A DNA stretch of 60,268 nucleotides, counting the filler. It is 5 parts of 5 records of this genome, joined end to end, with 100 filler letters (N's around TTAATTAATTAA, not from the genome) between each part and the next. Parts side by side here need not be neighbours in the genome. Positions count along the whole stretch, not along the records: positions 30,758 to 53,878 come from SRR31156797_9550; positions 53,979 to 60,268 come from SRR31156797_9552; 3 more parts are not named here. One strand, 5' to 3'. Shown here one piece after another: positions 48,877 to 59,781 of the stretch. The translations under genes were made by a program, and so were the position numbers. A model generated the notes under the pieces. The model saw only the letters and a program-made list of their open reading frames with translations. It ran no database searches and was not told the DNA's origin. The first letter of the stretch is position 1, and each line of letters begins with the position of its first letter.

Positions 48877-51800
48877 TTATTTACCATTCAGGAAGTTAAA
48901 TACTTTACCTTTATTTGGACCATCGGCATAAATTAACTGAAACTGTTGTGCAGGACCATAATGAGTAGTCCACTCAATTAAATGTGTTCCGTTATCGTGA
49001 ATTTTACCACTTTTCATATCTACTGATTTCCATGATTTGGTTCTTAACGAGAAGGTAGTAGGAGATGTAAATTGAACCGCAAATTTCTGATCATTACTTC
49101 CGGATTTATCCCAAATCTGAATTTTTTCTCCATTTTTTCCACCTTTTCCAACAATATCAAAAACTTTCCCTCCATTTTGAATCTCTACAAAAACCCAACT
49201 ATGATCTCCAGAAGGTTTAAACCTATATTTTCTATCTGCACCGCCATCCAGACTCCAAATTTTCACCTTCTTACCGTTTTTATTGGTTTCACCTCCAGTA
49301 CCTCCTATATCCCAATATTTGTCTGAATAAGCCGCTTTTACATGAAAACTCTGGTCGGCTGGTGGCATTTGCCATACATTTACATGGTTCAATCTCCACT
49401 TTTGATTGTCTTTACCATTTCTATCCCAAAGTTGAATAGGACAACCATTGTTCTTTATATTGCTGTGAGAGGCATCAATAAATTTATCAGAAACAGGATT
49501 TTGTATTAAAAATGTCATAGGTGAACCTGCAAATATAAATCGGAATTGCTGCCCTGCTCCTCTATGAAGATCCCACAATTGTAATTTAGTACCATTAGCA
49601 TGTTTTCCACCTTCCATATCCCATACATATTCGCTATGCATTGGTTGAATAAAAAAGTGATCTTCTATATGTGAAGGAATCAACAGATTATATCTATCAG
49701 GTCCATGGTCCATATCCCAAAGTTTGATATGAGTATCTTTTCCCCGAATATTTTCCCCAGAACCTCCTAAATCAGTATATTTACCAGCCATCACATTTTG
49801 AAATGAATAAATATCATTTGGTATATCTGCCATATCTGAAGCAAAAGCAGGTTCTAAAATCCATTGTTGATTCTTACCTCGTGTAAACTCTTGTTGTGTA
49901 ATGCTCTGGCTTTTACCATTACTAGTTAAATAAAGGTCGCTAACCATAGATTGGAAGTAAAAAACATCTGATTTTCCTCCGACAGAAATCATTCTGAATT
50001 TTTGATTTGGGTTATTAGGATTCAGATTCCATAAATGTATTTTTCCACCAGCATTTTTCGAACCGCCGGCTACATCTAAAACTCTTTCACTATGTTGCGG
50101 TTGAATAAATACATATCCTTTTTCTTTGGCAGGAATAATTTTAATGAATCTGTCAATTCCTCGATCTTTTTTATACATACTTACCTTAGCACTATTTATA
50201 TTTTGCGCATTAAAATGGTATCCAGGAATGTCTATATATAATTCATCAGCAGCGTTACGTACGAAATAAATATTTTCAAGCTCATTAATTTCCTCTGGAA
50301 TAGGTTTTGGCACAAAAGATTCCGTCATAAGCTTATGCCATAGTTTCTTTCTATAAGCCAGATGTTTGTCTCTCTCTGCCCTTACTAGTTTTCTAAACTT
50401 ATTACCACCATCTCCCGCACTGCTAGGTTTGAGATAAAATCTAACATAATTTCGGTCTCCAATTATTCGTTCCCAATCTTTATCAATCTTTGCACAAAGC
50501 TTATTCCATTCAGGCCTCACCAATTCACTTCTTAGAATGCTGGTTTCTTCAGGGTCTTCGCCAACTATCCGGCTCAATTTAGGTATAACATCGTAATAGA
50601 AAGTTTCTATTGCATGGTTGGTACCTTTTAACATTGGTTTTGAAAGCTTTTTAGCTCTTTTGGGCACACATTTGTTATCGCAATCACTTTTTGAATGAAA
50701 TGCATGATCTTTAACAATAATGGCTTCATCTGCTAGTTTTCCCACTGTACCCCAAGCAGATTCAGCTACTTTCATAGAAGCTTTTCCTGCTTTTGTGACT
50801 TCATGAGCTACTTTTTTAGTCATTTCAGCGACCTGATTACCACCATGTTTCTTAATCTCGTTTACGATTTTATCAACAATTCTCTTGGGATCTATTGAAC
50901 CTTCTACGCTGAAATCAACATTTTGACCTAAAACAGCCAATTTAATATGCGTCTTACCGGATAGTACAAGGTTTTGATCAGCTTTTAGCATTAAATAAAC
51001 CCTTTTAATCTCCAATGTTTTCATAATTTGACCCAATACAGGACCTAGCGTAGGAACTTTTTTCAATTCTTTCTCAATTTCCCTTCTTAAGCTTCCTTGC
51101 TTAAAATCAAGTTCCAGGTAAAAACCATTCTCAAGATTGGCATAAAAATCAATAGATCCGGACATCATTTTTGAAAACTTCACTTCACCACGTAATGCAA
51201 ATCCCTGCTCAATTTCGAATTCTCCAACTTGTCCACCATTAGGTGAAAACAGAACGTATGCATCTTTGATGTAAATATCATTTGGGAAAATATCCGGTAC
51301 TTCTAATTTAAATCCTTCACGCATAATCGTCGTAAGGTCATTCATTGTCATCTTATTTCGATGAGCTTTAAATGCTAGTTCACCATTGGCAGGCGACAAT
51401 GCCACCATGAATCCAAAATCCAAACTGAACAACTTAGCTTTTTCAACTCCAAATCCTAACGTAGTAGGTGAAGGTGAACCCGGAATCCAACCCAAAGACA
51501 AGCCTGTATTTTCAAGCATTATAGCATCTTTGGGAAAGTGTTTTGATAATCCAAATGGGTTTGACCATGTATCGACCATACTACCACTGGCTAGGATTTC
51601 CTGGGTAATTAAATTATATGATAGCTCTAATATTGTATTTAATTCCGGATCCCATTTTGTGGGTTTCATTTTCATGTTAGCCTTAATACTCAGCTCGGCA
51701 CCTATTCCATCATTTGATGCAAATAGCTCAAGCCTATCCATTCGCATGGTGGTTCCTGATTTCTTTGATAATTCAAGAGTTTTAGGATTAGCTGAAAAAT

Positions 51801-52224
51801 CCAGCGAAGCTCCTAAAGCAAAATTTGATCCTTCAAAATGTACATTAACACCAATATATGGTTCACTTATTTTAAGAAAATCAGATAATATTTTTAATTT
51901 CCCTTTGGTATCGGCATTGGCTTCAATGAAAAAACCTTCCGTGGAGATTCTCAAGAATATATCCTGTAACCCCATATTTTTCATCACTTTATAGCCTGGT
52001 ATTTTCTTTAATTCATCAAGTGAAGCCTCAGTTTCAAGCTCAAGAGGATTAATTGAACCTTTGAATTCAAAAGTTCCATAATTTTTAAGTTTAATTTGGA
52101 AATTTTCTCCTGACTTAACCACGGGCAAACTTCCAAAACCAGGAATGTTAATGTTTTGTTGCGCAAACAGTTGCGACATTGCTAACATCAAAGCAAATAC
52201 GAAAAGTGTTAATTTTTTAAACAT
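48877..52224 (-). CDS. Large secreted protein: unknown beta-rich N-terminal half + helical segment + three ricin B-type lectin domains
   Basis: Signal peptide; C-terminal repeats such as VLDVAGGS...IHLW...NQKF and NQQW/NQKW, in three blocks. Confidence 0.8.
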   Translation of the reverse strand: MFKKLTLFVFALMLAMSQLFAQQNINIPGFGSLPVVKSGENFQIKLKNYGTFEFKGSINPLELETEASLDELKKIPGYKVMKNMGLQDIFLRISTEGFFIEANADTKGKLKILSDFLKISEPYIGVNVHFEGSNFALGASLDFSANPKTLELSKKSGTTMRMDRLELFASNDGIGAELSIKANMKMKPTKWDPELNTILELSYNLITQEILASGSMVDTWSNPFGLSKHFPKDAIMLENTGLSLGWIPGSPSPTTLGFGVEKAKLFSLDFGFMVALSPANGELAFKAHRNKMTMNDLTTIMREGFKLEVPDIFPNDIYIKDAYVLFSPNGGQVGEFEIEQGFALRGEVKFSKMMSGSIDFYANLENGFYLELDFKQGSLRREIEKELKKVPTLGPVLGQIMKTLEIKRVYLMLKADQNLVLSGKTHIKLAVLGQNVDFSVEGSIDPKRIVDKIVNEIKKHGGNQVAEMTKKVAHEVTKAGKASMKVAESAWGTVGKLADEAIIVKDHAFHSKSDCDNKCVPKRAKKLSKPMLKGTNHAIETFYYDVIPKLSRIVGEDPEETSILRSELVRPEWNKLCAKIDKDWERIIGDRNYVRFYLKPSSAGDGGNKFRKLVRAERDKHLAYRKKLWHKLMTESFVPKPIPEEINELENIYFVRNAADELYIDIPGYHFNAQNINSAKVSMYKKDRGIDRFIKIIPAKEKGYVFIQPQHSERVLDVAGGSKNAGGKIHLWNLNPNNPNQKFRMISVGGKSDVFYFQSMVSDLYLTSNGKSQSITQQEFTRGKNQQWILEPAFASDMADIPNDIYSFQNVMAGKYTDLGGSGENIRGKDTHIKLWDMDHGPDRYNLLIPSHIEDHFFIQPMHSEYVWDMEGGKHANGTKLQLWDLHRGAGQQFRFIFAGSPMTFLIQNPVSDKFIDASHSNIKNNGCPIQLWDRNGKDNQKWRLNHVNVWQMPPADQSFHVKAAYSDKYWDIGGTGGETNKNGKKVKIWSLDGGADRKYRFKPSGDHSWVFVEIQNGGKVFDIVGKGGKNGEKIQIWDKSGSNDQKFAVQFTSPTTFSLRTKSWKSVDMKSGKIHDNGTHLIEWTTHYGPAQQFQLIYADGPNKGKVFNFLNGK

Positions 52225-52471
52225 GTGCAGTACAAATTAGTTAGGATTTTCATTTTGGTAGCCTAAAATAGTGACAACTTTTTTAATTATTTAAGTAAGA
52301 TTACCTGTTTTAAAAGTGGATTAATAATTTAGAACAAATCCAGACTATTTAGTTCTTTTAAAAGAAACAAAAAGCAAGTATTATACGTTATGGATGTGTT
52401 TAACAATTCATTCGTATTGAATATTGATTAAATGTGTATCTTGCACAACTTTAGAATAAAAATTTTTACTT

Positions 52472-52987
52472 ATGGCAGACGATATTATATTAGTTGACAA
52501 ATATGACAATCAGATAGGAACTGGTGAAAAAATGGAGGTTCACCGCAAAGGGATTCTACATAGAGCGTTTTCAGTGTTTATTTGGAATGATGAAGGTCAT
52601 TTAATGTTGCAACAAAGAGCTTTAACAAAATATCATACACCCGGTTTATGGAGTAACACATGTTGTAGCCACCCTATGCCCGGTGAAAACACAATTGAGG
52701 CAGCTAATCGCAGAATGAAAGAAGAAATGGGTTTCAGTTGTGATCTTAAGGAAGAAATGAGCATTATCTATCGCTCACAATTTGACAATGAACTTATCGA
52801 ACACGAATACGATCATGTTTTTTTTGGTACATATAACGGAGAACCTAATATTAACCCGGAAGAAGTAAACGACTGGAAATGGATATCAATCAATGAATTA
52901 CTAAATGATGTCAAAGCAAATCCAGATAACTATACGGTTTGGTTTAAGATTATATTGGACAGGCTAAGAAACGAGAATGTATTCTAG
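52472..52987 (+). CDS. idi: Isopentenyl-diphosphate delta-isomerase (type 1)
   Basis: LHRAFSVF, QQRA..KY, WSNTCCSHP, EHEYDHVF. Confidence 0.95.
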   Translation: MADDIILVDKYDNQIGTGEKMEVHRKGILHRAFSVFIWNDEGHLMLQQRALTKYHTPGLWSNTCCSHPMPGENTIEAANRRMKEEMGFSCDLKEEMSIIYRSQFDNELIEHEYDHVFFGTYNGEPNINPEEVNDWKWISINELLNDVKANPDNYTVWFKIILDRLRNENVF

Positions 52988-53025
52988 TACTTTCAAGTCT
53001 CATTAAGCTTAAAACAGATTTTTTG

Positions 53026-53095
53026 AACCATTAAGAAGTTCAGATTATTAAGCTAGGTAATTACCTTCTTAACTATTCTTAACTTCTTAATGGTT
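53026..53095. repeat. 15-bp perfect inverted repeat with a 40-bp spacer
   Basis: AACCATTAAGAAGTT / AACTTCTTAATGGTT. Confidence 0.7.
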
Positions 53096-53132
53096 TAATT
53101 TTTAAATTTGTATTGGAAATAAATAACATAAA

Positions 53133-53750
53133 ATGACTGAACCGGAATTACCTTCAAAACTATTAGAACAGGCTGTCAAGGAAATGTCGCGTTTGCCGGG
53201 AATTGGCAGGAAAACAGCGTTGCGCTTAATTCTACATTTACTCCGGGATAAGAAAGAAGATGCACTTAAATTAGGTGAAGCTCTTACCACTTTGGTTAAA
53301 GACGTTCAGTATTGTACCATTTGCCATAACATCACAGAGAAAGAGGTATGCGATATTTGCTCTGCTCCTCATCGCGACAAAGACACAATTTGTGTTGTAG
53401 AGGATATAAGAGATTTGTTAGCCATTGAAAACACCCAACAATATAGAGGACTATATCATGTTTTGGGTGGTATTATCTCTCCTATTGATGGCATTGGACC
53501 AAAAGATTTAACCATTGATTTACTAAAGAAACGTGTACAAAAAGGCAACATTCGAGAAATCATATTTGCACTCCCTACTACTATGGAGGGAGACACAACC
53601 AATTACTATCTCCACAAACAAATTACCGGACACGTAGAACGTATCACAACACTGGCTCGAGGGTTAGCATTTGGTGACGAATTACAATATGCAGATGAAA
53701 TTACACTGGGTCGTTCTCTTATTGAAAGAGTTGATTATCAGAGTACTTAA
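53133..53750 (+). CDS. recR: Recombination mediator RecR
   Basis: LPGIGRKTALR, C4 zinc finger, ICVVED, YHVLGG.ISP.DGIGP, EGDTT. Confidence 0.96.
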   Translation: MTEPELPSKLLEQAVKEMSRLPGIGRKTALRLILHLLRDKKEDALKLGEALTTLVKDVQYCTICHNITEKEVCDICSAPHRDKDTICVVEDIRDLLAIENTQQYRGLYHVLGGIISPIDGIGPKDLTIDLLKKRVQKGNIREIIFALPTTMEGDTTNYYLHKQITGHVERITTLARGLAFGDELQYADEITLGRSLIERVDYQST

Positions 53751-53790
53751 ACACACCCTAAAATATTTTACAGAAAAAATTCACAAGTTT

Positions 53791-53821
53791 TTTGGCAAGT
53801 AAAGGAAAAGATGTACCTTTG
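53791..53821 (+). promoter_or_regulatory. Bacteroidota -33/-7 promoter of the tRNA
   Basis: TTTG at 53791 and TACCTTTG at 53814-53821. Confidence 0.6.
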
Positions 53822-53832
53822 CATCCGCAATC

Positions 53833-53878
<46 letters not shown>

Positions 53879-53978
53879 NNNNNNNNNNNNNNNNNNNNNN
53901 NNNNNNNNNNNNNNNNNNNNNNTTAATTAATTAANNNNNNNNNNNNNNNNNNNNNNNNNNNNNNNNNNNNNNNNNNNN
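53879..53978. other. Artificial contig linker
   Basis: 44 N + TTAATTAATTAA + 44 N. Confidence 0.99.
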
Positions 53979-54107
53979 TATAAAAGTTAAGTTTGCTACT
54001 TTGCTAGGTGTTTCATTTGCATTTGAATAACTTGAATATACAAACTCTAAATCTTCATCAGGATTTTTATCAAGTCCATAAAGTTTATTAAACCACTTTT
54101 TTATCAT
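53979..54107 (-). CDS. N-terminus of a probable HlyD-family T1SS membrane fusion protein (not in the ORF track)
   Basis: ATGA overlap with the ATPase stop; reads MIKKWFNKLYGLDKNPDEDLEFVYSSYSNANETPSKVANLTF; operon position. Confidence 0.7.
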
Positions 54108-56260
54108 TTTTTTGTACCTCTTGGTTTATTAAAAACTTCTTCTTTAGGACCATCAAAGGCAATTTGTCCATTTTCTACAATAATAACTCTATCCACTAAA
54201 TGAAGTAATGATGTCTTATGAGTAACTATCACTACTGTTTTATCTTGAATAATTTTTTCTATCTTTCTAATAAATGCTTGCTCTGTCTGTTTATCCATTG
54301 AGTTTGTTGGTTCATCAAGCATTATAATATTTGGATTTGAAATAAGGGCTCTTGCTAAAGTAACTGATTGTCGTTCACCTCCACTTAAGCCTTCACCTCT
54401 TTCTCCAACCATTAAATCAAATCCTGCTTCATGTTTTCCTAAAAACTCATTAAGCCCTGCAACTTTTGAAACTTTTAAAAGTTCTTCATCAGATACGTAT
54501 TGTTCTCCAATTGTTATATTATCTTTTATAGTTCCCATAAATAAGAAAGGTTCTTGAGGTACACACCCAATAGCTCTTCTTAAATCAACAGGGTCAATTT
54601 GTCTTGTATCTAAATCATCAACTAAAACAGAACCCGTAGTTGGTTCATAAAGGTTCATAATAAGTTTAAGAAGTGTTGACTTTCCAGAACCAATTTTTCC
54701 TAAAATAGCAACCTTTTCTCCGGCTTTTATACTTAAGTTTATATTTTTAAGAGTTTGGTGATTTTGCTCTTTGTATGCAAAATTTACATCTTTTAATTCA
54801 ATTTTACCTTTTAATATAGGTCTACTAATATAAGTTTTATTCTCTTTTTCCACTGGCATTTTCATAACTTCATCTAAGTTACTTAATGAAAGCATTGTTT
54901 TATCAAACTTAATAATAAGCCCTACTAATTGAGAAACAGGAGCAATTACTCTTCCATTTAGAATCATAGCTGCAATAATTGCACCCATTGTTATATCACC
55001 CTCACTTGCAAGGTAAACTCCCCCTGCAACAATTGCAATATTTGAAAACTGTGAAATAAAAGCAGTAAAATAAGTAATACTTTGAGATAAAAAATGCCCT
55101 TTATCCGCATAATGAACCGTTTTATTTACTGAGTTGTCCCAATTTGTTCTCATTCTATTTTGAGCTCTTACACTTTTAATGATTTCTAAACCAGTAACTG
55201 TTTCAATCATTGTAGTTTGTTTTATTTGCTCTTCTTTTACAGATTTTTCAATTATCTCTTTTAGAGGTCTTTGCATATACCAAGAAACAAGAATAGAGAT
55301 AATCACTGTAGCAATAGTGATATATGCTAAAGGTCCAGCGATATAAAAAACAACTATTACAAATATAATAACAAAAGGAAAGTCAACAAAAGCCGCTATT
55401 GTAGCACTTGTGAAGAACTCTCTAACACTTTCAAAGGATTGTAGTCTACTTACAAATTGACCCGTAGAAGCTGGTTTTGAGTTTATCTTTATATTTAGAA
55501 CATGATTAAAAATTTTATTTGAAATGATAGTATCTGTTCTTTTACTTGCAACACCCAAAAAATAAGAACGCAAGACTTTTAAAACAAAATCAAAAAGCAT
55601 TACAATACTAATACCAATAAATAATGCCCACATAGTCTCAATTGCATTATTTGGTAAAACCCTATCATAGACATTCATTGTAAATAAAGGGGTTGCTAGA
55701 ATAAATAAGTTAATAAATAAAGAGACTAAAATAACTTGTTTATAAATACTTTTATTTCTAAATAGAGTTCCCCAAAACCATTGTTTAGGACTTTCTACTT
55801 CTATCTCTTTTTCTATTCTATTATTGAAGTTAAACTCTGGTTTTAAAATAACTAATTCACCAAGGTATTCAGAGTTTAATTTTTCTAAAGTCATCTCTGT
55901 TTCACCAGAACTAAGTCCAGGAAGAATAACTTTAGCTACTCCTTTTTTTTCATCATAATCAAGTAAAATACAAGATCTATTTTTTTCAAGTAAAAGAACT
56001 GCGGGTAAAGCAAGTTTAGTAAGCTTTGTAATCTCTCGTTCAACAACCTTACTTGTAAGTCCTATTCTTTTTGCAGCATCGATAAACATATCTAAATCTA
56101 AAGATTTGTTATGTACTGGTAAGTTGAATTTTAAAGACTCGGCAGAAGCTTCTCTTTTATGATATTTTGATAGGAATATTAAACACTCTAAGAGAGAATC
56201 GACAGTTCTTCTATCTTTTAGAGTATTAAGACTTTCGTCTAACTTAGGCTTTTCTTGCAA
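54104..56260 (-). CDS. Type I secretion ABC permease/ATPase (LapB/LssB-type, with C39-like N-domain)
   Basis: PLFTMNVYDRV, GKIGSGKS, LSGGERQ, LDEPT, VTH. Confidence 0.92.
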   Translation of the reverse strand: MQEKPKLDESLNTLKDRRTVDSLLECLIFLSKYHKREASAESLKFNLPVHNKSLDLDMFIDAAKRIGLTSKVVEREITKLTKLALPAVLLLEKNRSCILLDYDEKKGVAKVILPGLSSGETEMTLEKLNSEYLGELVILKPEFNFNNRIEKEIEVESPKQWFWGTLFRNKSIYKQVILVSLFINLFILATPLFTMNVYDRVLPNNAIETMWALFIGISIVMLFDFVLKVLRSYFLGVASKRTDTIISNKIFNHVLNIKINSKPASTGQFVSRLQSFESVREFFTSATIAAFVDFPFVIIFVIVVFYIAGPLAYITIATVIISILVSWYMQRPLKEIIEKSVKEEQIKQTTMIETVTGLEIIKSVRAQNRMRTNWDNSVNKTVHYADKGHFLSQSITYFTAFISQFSNIAIVAGGVYLASEGDITMGAIIAAMILNGRVIAPVSQLVGLIIKFDKTMLSLSNLDEVMKMPVEKENKTYISRPILKGKIELKDVNFAYKEQNHQTLKNINLSIKAGEKVAILGKIGSGKSTLLKLIMNLYEPTTGSVLVDDLDTRQIDPVDLRRAIGCVPQEPFLFMGTIKDNITIGEQYVSDEELLKVSKVAGLNEFLGKHEAGFDLMVGERGEGLSGGERQSVTLARALISNPNIIMLDEPTNSMDKQTEQAFIRKIEKIIQDKTVVIVTHKTSLLHLVDRVIIVENGQIAFDGPKEEVFNKPRGTKK

Positions 56261-56288
56261 TTTATAACCTTGATGATATTAATTTGAG

Positions 56289-57869
56289 TTAACTAATATT
56301 ATCACTATATTGCTTATTTAACAATTCAAAAGAAGATAGAGTCTTTTTACTTGAAGAATCCTCATTTTTATTTAGAATATCATTAGTTTTTCCATCTAGT
56401 TCTAGCTCTTTTTTTAAATCAAGATTTAACTCTTTTCTAATTAACTCACTATCTGTATCACTAATTAAACCTTCAAGTTCAGCCTCAATGTTGTTATCTC
56501 TCTTTTTAGGTTTAAAATCAATAATTCTTGGAGCGATGTTTGCACAATCCTGATTTTTAGAATTCACAACAGAGTCAGTAAGGTTTGATAAATTAAACAT
56601 TAAATCATAATAGTTATTTATTAAAGCATACTCTACTTCAATTAATGTTTTAGTTGACTCATAAAGTTCTCTTTCTGCATCTAAGATATCAACAAAAGTT
56701 CTTGTTCCTGCTTGAAACTCACTTCTATAAACATCTACAATATTTACATTTGCTTTTACATATTGTTTTAACTCAGACACTCTTCTTTTATATTTATCAT
56801 GTTTTCCAAATAAAGATTTTATTTCAGCAACTATTTCTTGAGTAATATCATCTAATGTTTTCTTTTGCTCTGATAAAAAAACTTTTTCTTGAGCAGAAGT
56901 GATACTGTCTTTATTTCCATTAAATAAGTTCCAGTTTAAATTTAATCTAACATACCTTTCATCTGTTTGACCATTTTCTGGTAATTCTAAATCTTCATCA
57001 ATTGAAGCTTTTAGTTCTAAATCTATTTTTGGCAAAAATGCTGAGTTTGCTTGAGCAATTTTTTCTCTTTGCATTTTTATTTTTTCTATTTGTTCTAATA
57101 TTTTATAGTTACTAATAACTGCTTTTTTTATAGCATCATCTAAATTACTAGGGATTTTTGTTTCATCAATTGTAGGTCTACATGTTTTACCTTTAGGATT
57201 TTCACCTACTAATTTGAAATATGTAGCTAATGTTGTATCTCTTTTATCTTCTTCATCAATATATCTATCTCTTATAAAGTGCAGTTTTGATGAAACTTGA
57301 TATGTTTCTAAAACCTCTCCACTAATACTCTCTTGCTCTTTTGCAATTGCTAAATTTTCTTCGTTTATTTTTATCATTGACTCAGTTAATTTCAATACTT
57401 CATCTGATTGAACAAGGCCAGTGTAAGATTTTACTGTTTCTAAAATTGTATTTTCTATAGCATAAAAACTTCTATGTTTATTTGCTAAATCTTGGTATTT
57501 TGTTTGTGCAACCTGAGAAGGAGTTAATCCACCATCATAAATAAGCTGTCTTAAAACAATTGCAGCATTGTATCCATTTTGTTTAGTCCACTCTCCATCA
57601 GTATCAGGGATTGGATCCTCATCTCTTTTTTCTCTTTCTCTTCCACTTTGATAGTAAGACTCTATATCTAATGTAGGTAAATAACTTCCTCTTCTCTCAT
57701 CTACATACATTCTATAGGCTTCTTGATTTTTTCTTTCTGCCATTACATTTGGATTTGTACTTAATACTTTCTCAACACTATCTTTTAAACTAGTAGCAAA
57801 AAGTGATGTCACAGATTGATATAAAAACAAACTCAAAAGAATTACTTTTATGTTATTATTAGATTTCAT
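56289..57869 (-). CDS. TolC-family T1SS outer membrane protein (LapE/AggA-like)
   Basis: Signal peptide, YLPTLD, RQLIYDG, FLPKIDL, WNLFNG, GTRTFVDILDAE. Confidence 0.88.
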   Translation of the reverse strand: MKSNNNIKVILLSLFLYQSVTSLFATSLKDSVEKVLSTNPNVMAERKNQEAYRMYVDERRGSYLPTLDIESYYQSGREREKRDEDPIPDTDGEWTKQNGYNAAIVLRQLIYDGGLTPSQVAQTKYQDLANKHRSFYAIENTILETVKSYTGLVQSDEVLKLTESMIKINEENLAIAKEQESISGEVLETYQVSSKLHFIRDRYIDEEDKRDTTLATYFKLVGENPKGKTCRPTIDETKIPSNLDDAIKKAVISNYKILEQIEKIKMQREKIAQANSAFLPKIDLELKASIDEDLELPENGQTDERYVRLNLNWNLFNGNKDSITSAQEKVFLSEQKKTLDDITQEIVAEIKSLFGKHDKYKRRVSELKQYVKANVNIVDVYRSEFQAGTRTFVDILDAERELYESTKTLIEVEYALINNYYDLMFNLSNLTDSVVNSKNQDCANIAPRIIDFKPKKRDNNIEAELEGLISDTDSELIRKELNLDLKKELELDGKTNDILNKNEDSSSKKTLSSFELLNKQYSDNIS

Positions 57870-57958
57870 TATGTTCCCTTAAATAATCATTTCTTGCAAA
57901 ACTGATTATTTTATTATATAATTATTTTTACATTCTATCATAAAAAGATTAAAAAAAC

Positions 57959-58678
57959 ATGGAAAATTACAAAGATAATAAAAAAAGTTTTAAAATTATA
58001 AAAGAGCATTTAAATATTCTATATTTAGAAGATGAAAAGAATATAAGAATCAAACTAAAAGAAGCTCTAGAGCTTATTGTGTCGAATGTCTATGATTGTG
58101 AAAATACTGAACAAGCAAAAGAAATTTTAAATAATAAACGAATCGACATAATAATTTCTGATATTAATTTAAAAGATGAAAATGCACTTGATTTTATAAA
58201 AAATATAAGAAAAGATTATTCTACCATTCCAATAATTTTACTATCTGCATACACTGAAAAAAATTATTTATTGGAAGCAACAAAATTAAAACTTGTAGAT
58301 TATTTAGTAAAACCTATTGATTTTAAAATACTAAATAATGCGATAGAAAATGCGGCCCAAGAGCTAATTGACTATGGAAATTATATTGTTGATTTTGAGA
58401 ATAATACCTCTTATAATGTTCTTCATAAGAAGTTATTATCTAAAGATACCAATAAAGAGTTAACATTAACAGCAAAAGAGATAGAACTACTTGAGTATCT
58501 TATTTCAAACAGTAATAGAGTACTTTCACATGATGAAATAAAAAATAAGTTATGGATTGATGCATATGAAATTACAGACTCGGCACTTAAAAACTTAATA
58601 AATAAATTAAGAAAAAAAGTAGGAAAAGAATCAATCAAAAATATTTCAGGTGTTGGTTTTAAAATAGAGTTATCTTAA
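57959..58678 (+). CDS. OmpR-family response regulator
   Basis: LEDE, SDINL, KP, LT.KE..LL, LRKK, GVGF. Confidence 0.9.
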   Translation: MENYKDNKKSFKIIKEHLNILYLEDEKNIRIKLKEALELIVSNVYDCENTEQAKEILNNKRIDIIISDINLKDENALDFIKNIRKDYSTIPIILLSAYTEKNYLLEATKLKLVDYLVKPIDFKILNNAIENAAQELIDYGNYIVDFENNTSYNVLHKKLLSKDTNKELTLTAKEIELLEYLISNSNRVLSHDEIKNKLWIDAYEITDSALKNLINKLRKKVGKESIKNISGVGFKIELS

Positions 58679-59781
58679 AACCTTAACTCTTTAAACTCTT
58701 TGACTAACTCTAATTGTCTTTGAGAAATATAATGCTCTAGAATTTTCCTATCTCCAAATGACAACTCATAAATAAAGATTATTTTACTGTAGTCATTATC
58801 AAGTTTTTCTACCTTATAAACTAAAGCTTTTATGGCAATTCTTTCTTTATGGACTATTTTATTGTCAAAAGAGGCTTCATGTTCTGTTTTGAAACCTATT
58901 ACAATATCTACCTTATCACCTGAACGCAACTTATTTGTTATATTTTTTGCCCTAAAAGAGATTGCGTTTGAAGCAAGAGATTCTACTTTGTAGTTATATC
59001 TTTCACTATTTGCAAAAATAGAAGCTGTAAAAAGTTCATCAGGGTCAACCCTAACTGTTTTTCTATCTTTAGCACTTGTATCTACTTCATGTAAATCTTT
59101 TAAACAAAGAGTATTACTAACCTCATCATAGCTATCAAACTTTGCATTTACAATTTTATCTTCAAAATGAATAGTTGTCTTTTTTTCATATTTGATTGCT
59201 TTTACTTGTATCTTTTCAGCTTTTACTCGTATTTTATCTTTTTCGATATTTACAATAGAAGCATTATGAATAAAAGGAACTCCCCTGTAATGGTTTATCA
59301 ACTCAAGTTGATTATTATTTAACTTTAACTCATATAAATCTTTATATAAATCATCTTCACTCTCTTCTTCACTACTCTCAATTTTTTCAATTGAAGTTAA
59401 CAGTGATGAAATCAAAGTATCATAGTTCACAGGCTTTTGAATAAACTCATTTATTCCAAGCTTTTTAAACTTCATAATATTTTCTTCATATGCATGGGCA
59501 GATATAATTATAACTTTAGTATTAGGACTAAATTCCAATAGTTTTTCAATAAACTCATGTCCATCCATTTGAGGCATTGTTAAATCAGTCAAAACTAAAT
59601 CAGGTAAATTCTTTTTAAAAACCTCTAATCCAATTAGCCCATTATCAGCGACATAAACCTCTTTAAAAAGTTTACCCACAAAGTTTTTCATCTGCTTTTG
59701 AATATGTTTACTATCTTCTACAACTAAAACACTATATTTACTAGCTTTATTTTTTAACTTTATTAATTCAGACACTTTCAC
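58675..59781 (-). CDS. Response regulator with a C-terminal PilZN/PilZ-like region
   Basis: VEDS, TDLTMP, KP; YRGVP, RKTVR, YISQRQ. Confidence 0.75.
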   Translation of the reverse strand: MKVSELIKLKNKASKYSVLVVEDSKHIQKQMKNFVGKLFKEVYVADNGLIGLEVFKKNLPDLVLTDLTMPQMDGHEFIEKLLEFSPNTKVIIISAHAYEENIMKFKKLGINEFIQKPVNYDTLISSLLTSIEKIESSEEESEDDLYKDLYELKLNNNQLELINHYRGVPFIHNASIVNIEKDKIRVKAEKIQVKAIKYEKKTTIHFEDKIVNAKFDSYDEVSNTLCLKDLHEVDTSAKDRKTVRVDPDELFTASIFANSERYNYKVESLASNAISFRAKNITNKLRSGDKVDIVIGFKTEHEASFDNKIVHKERIAIKALVYKVEKLDNDYSKIIFIYELSFGDRKILEHYISQRQLELVKEFKELRF

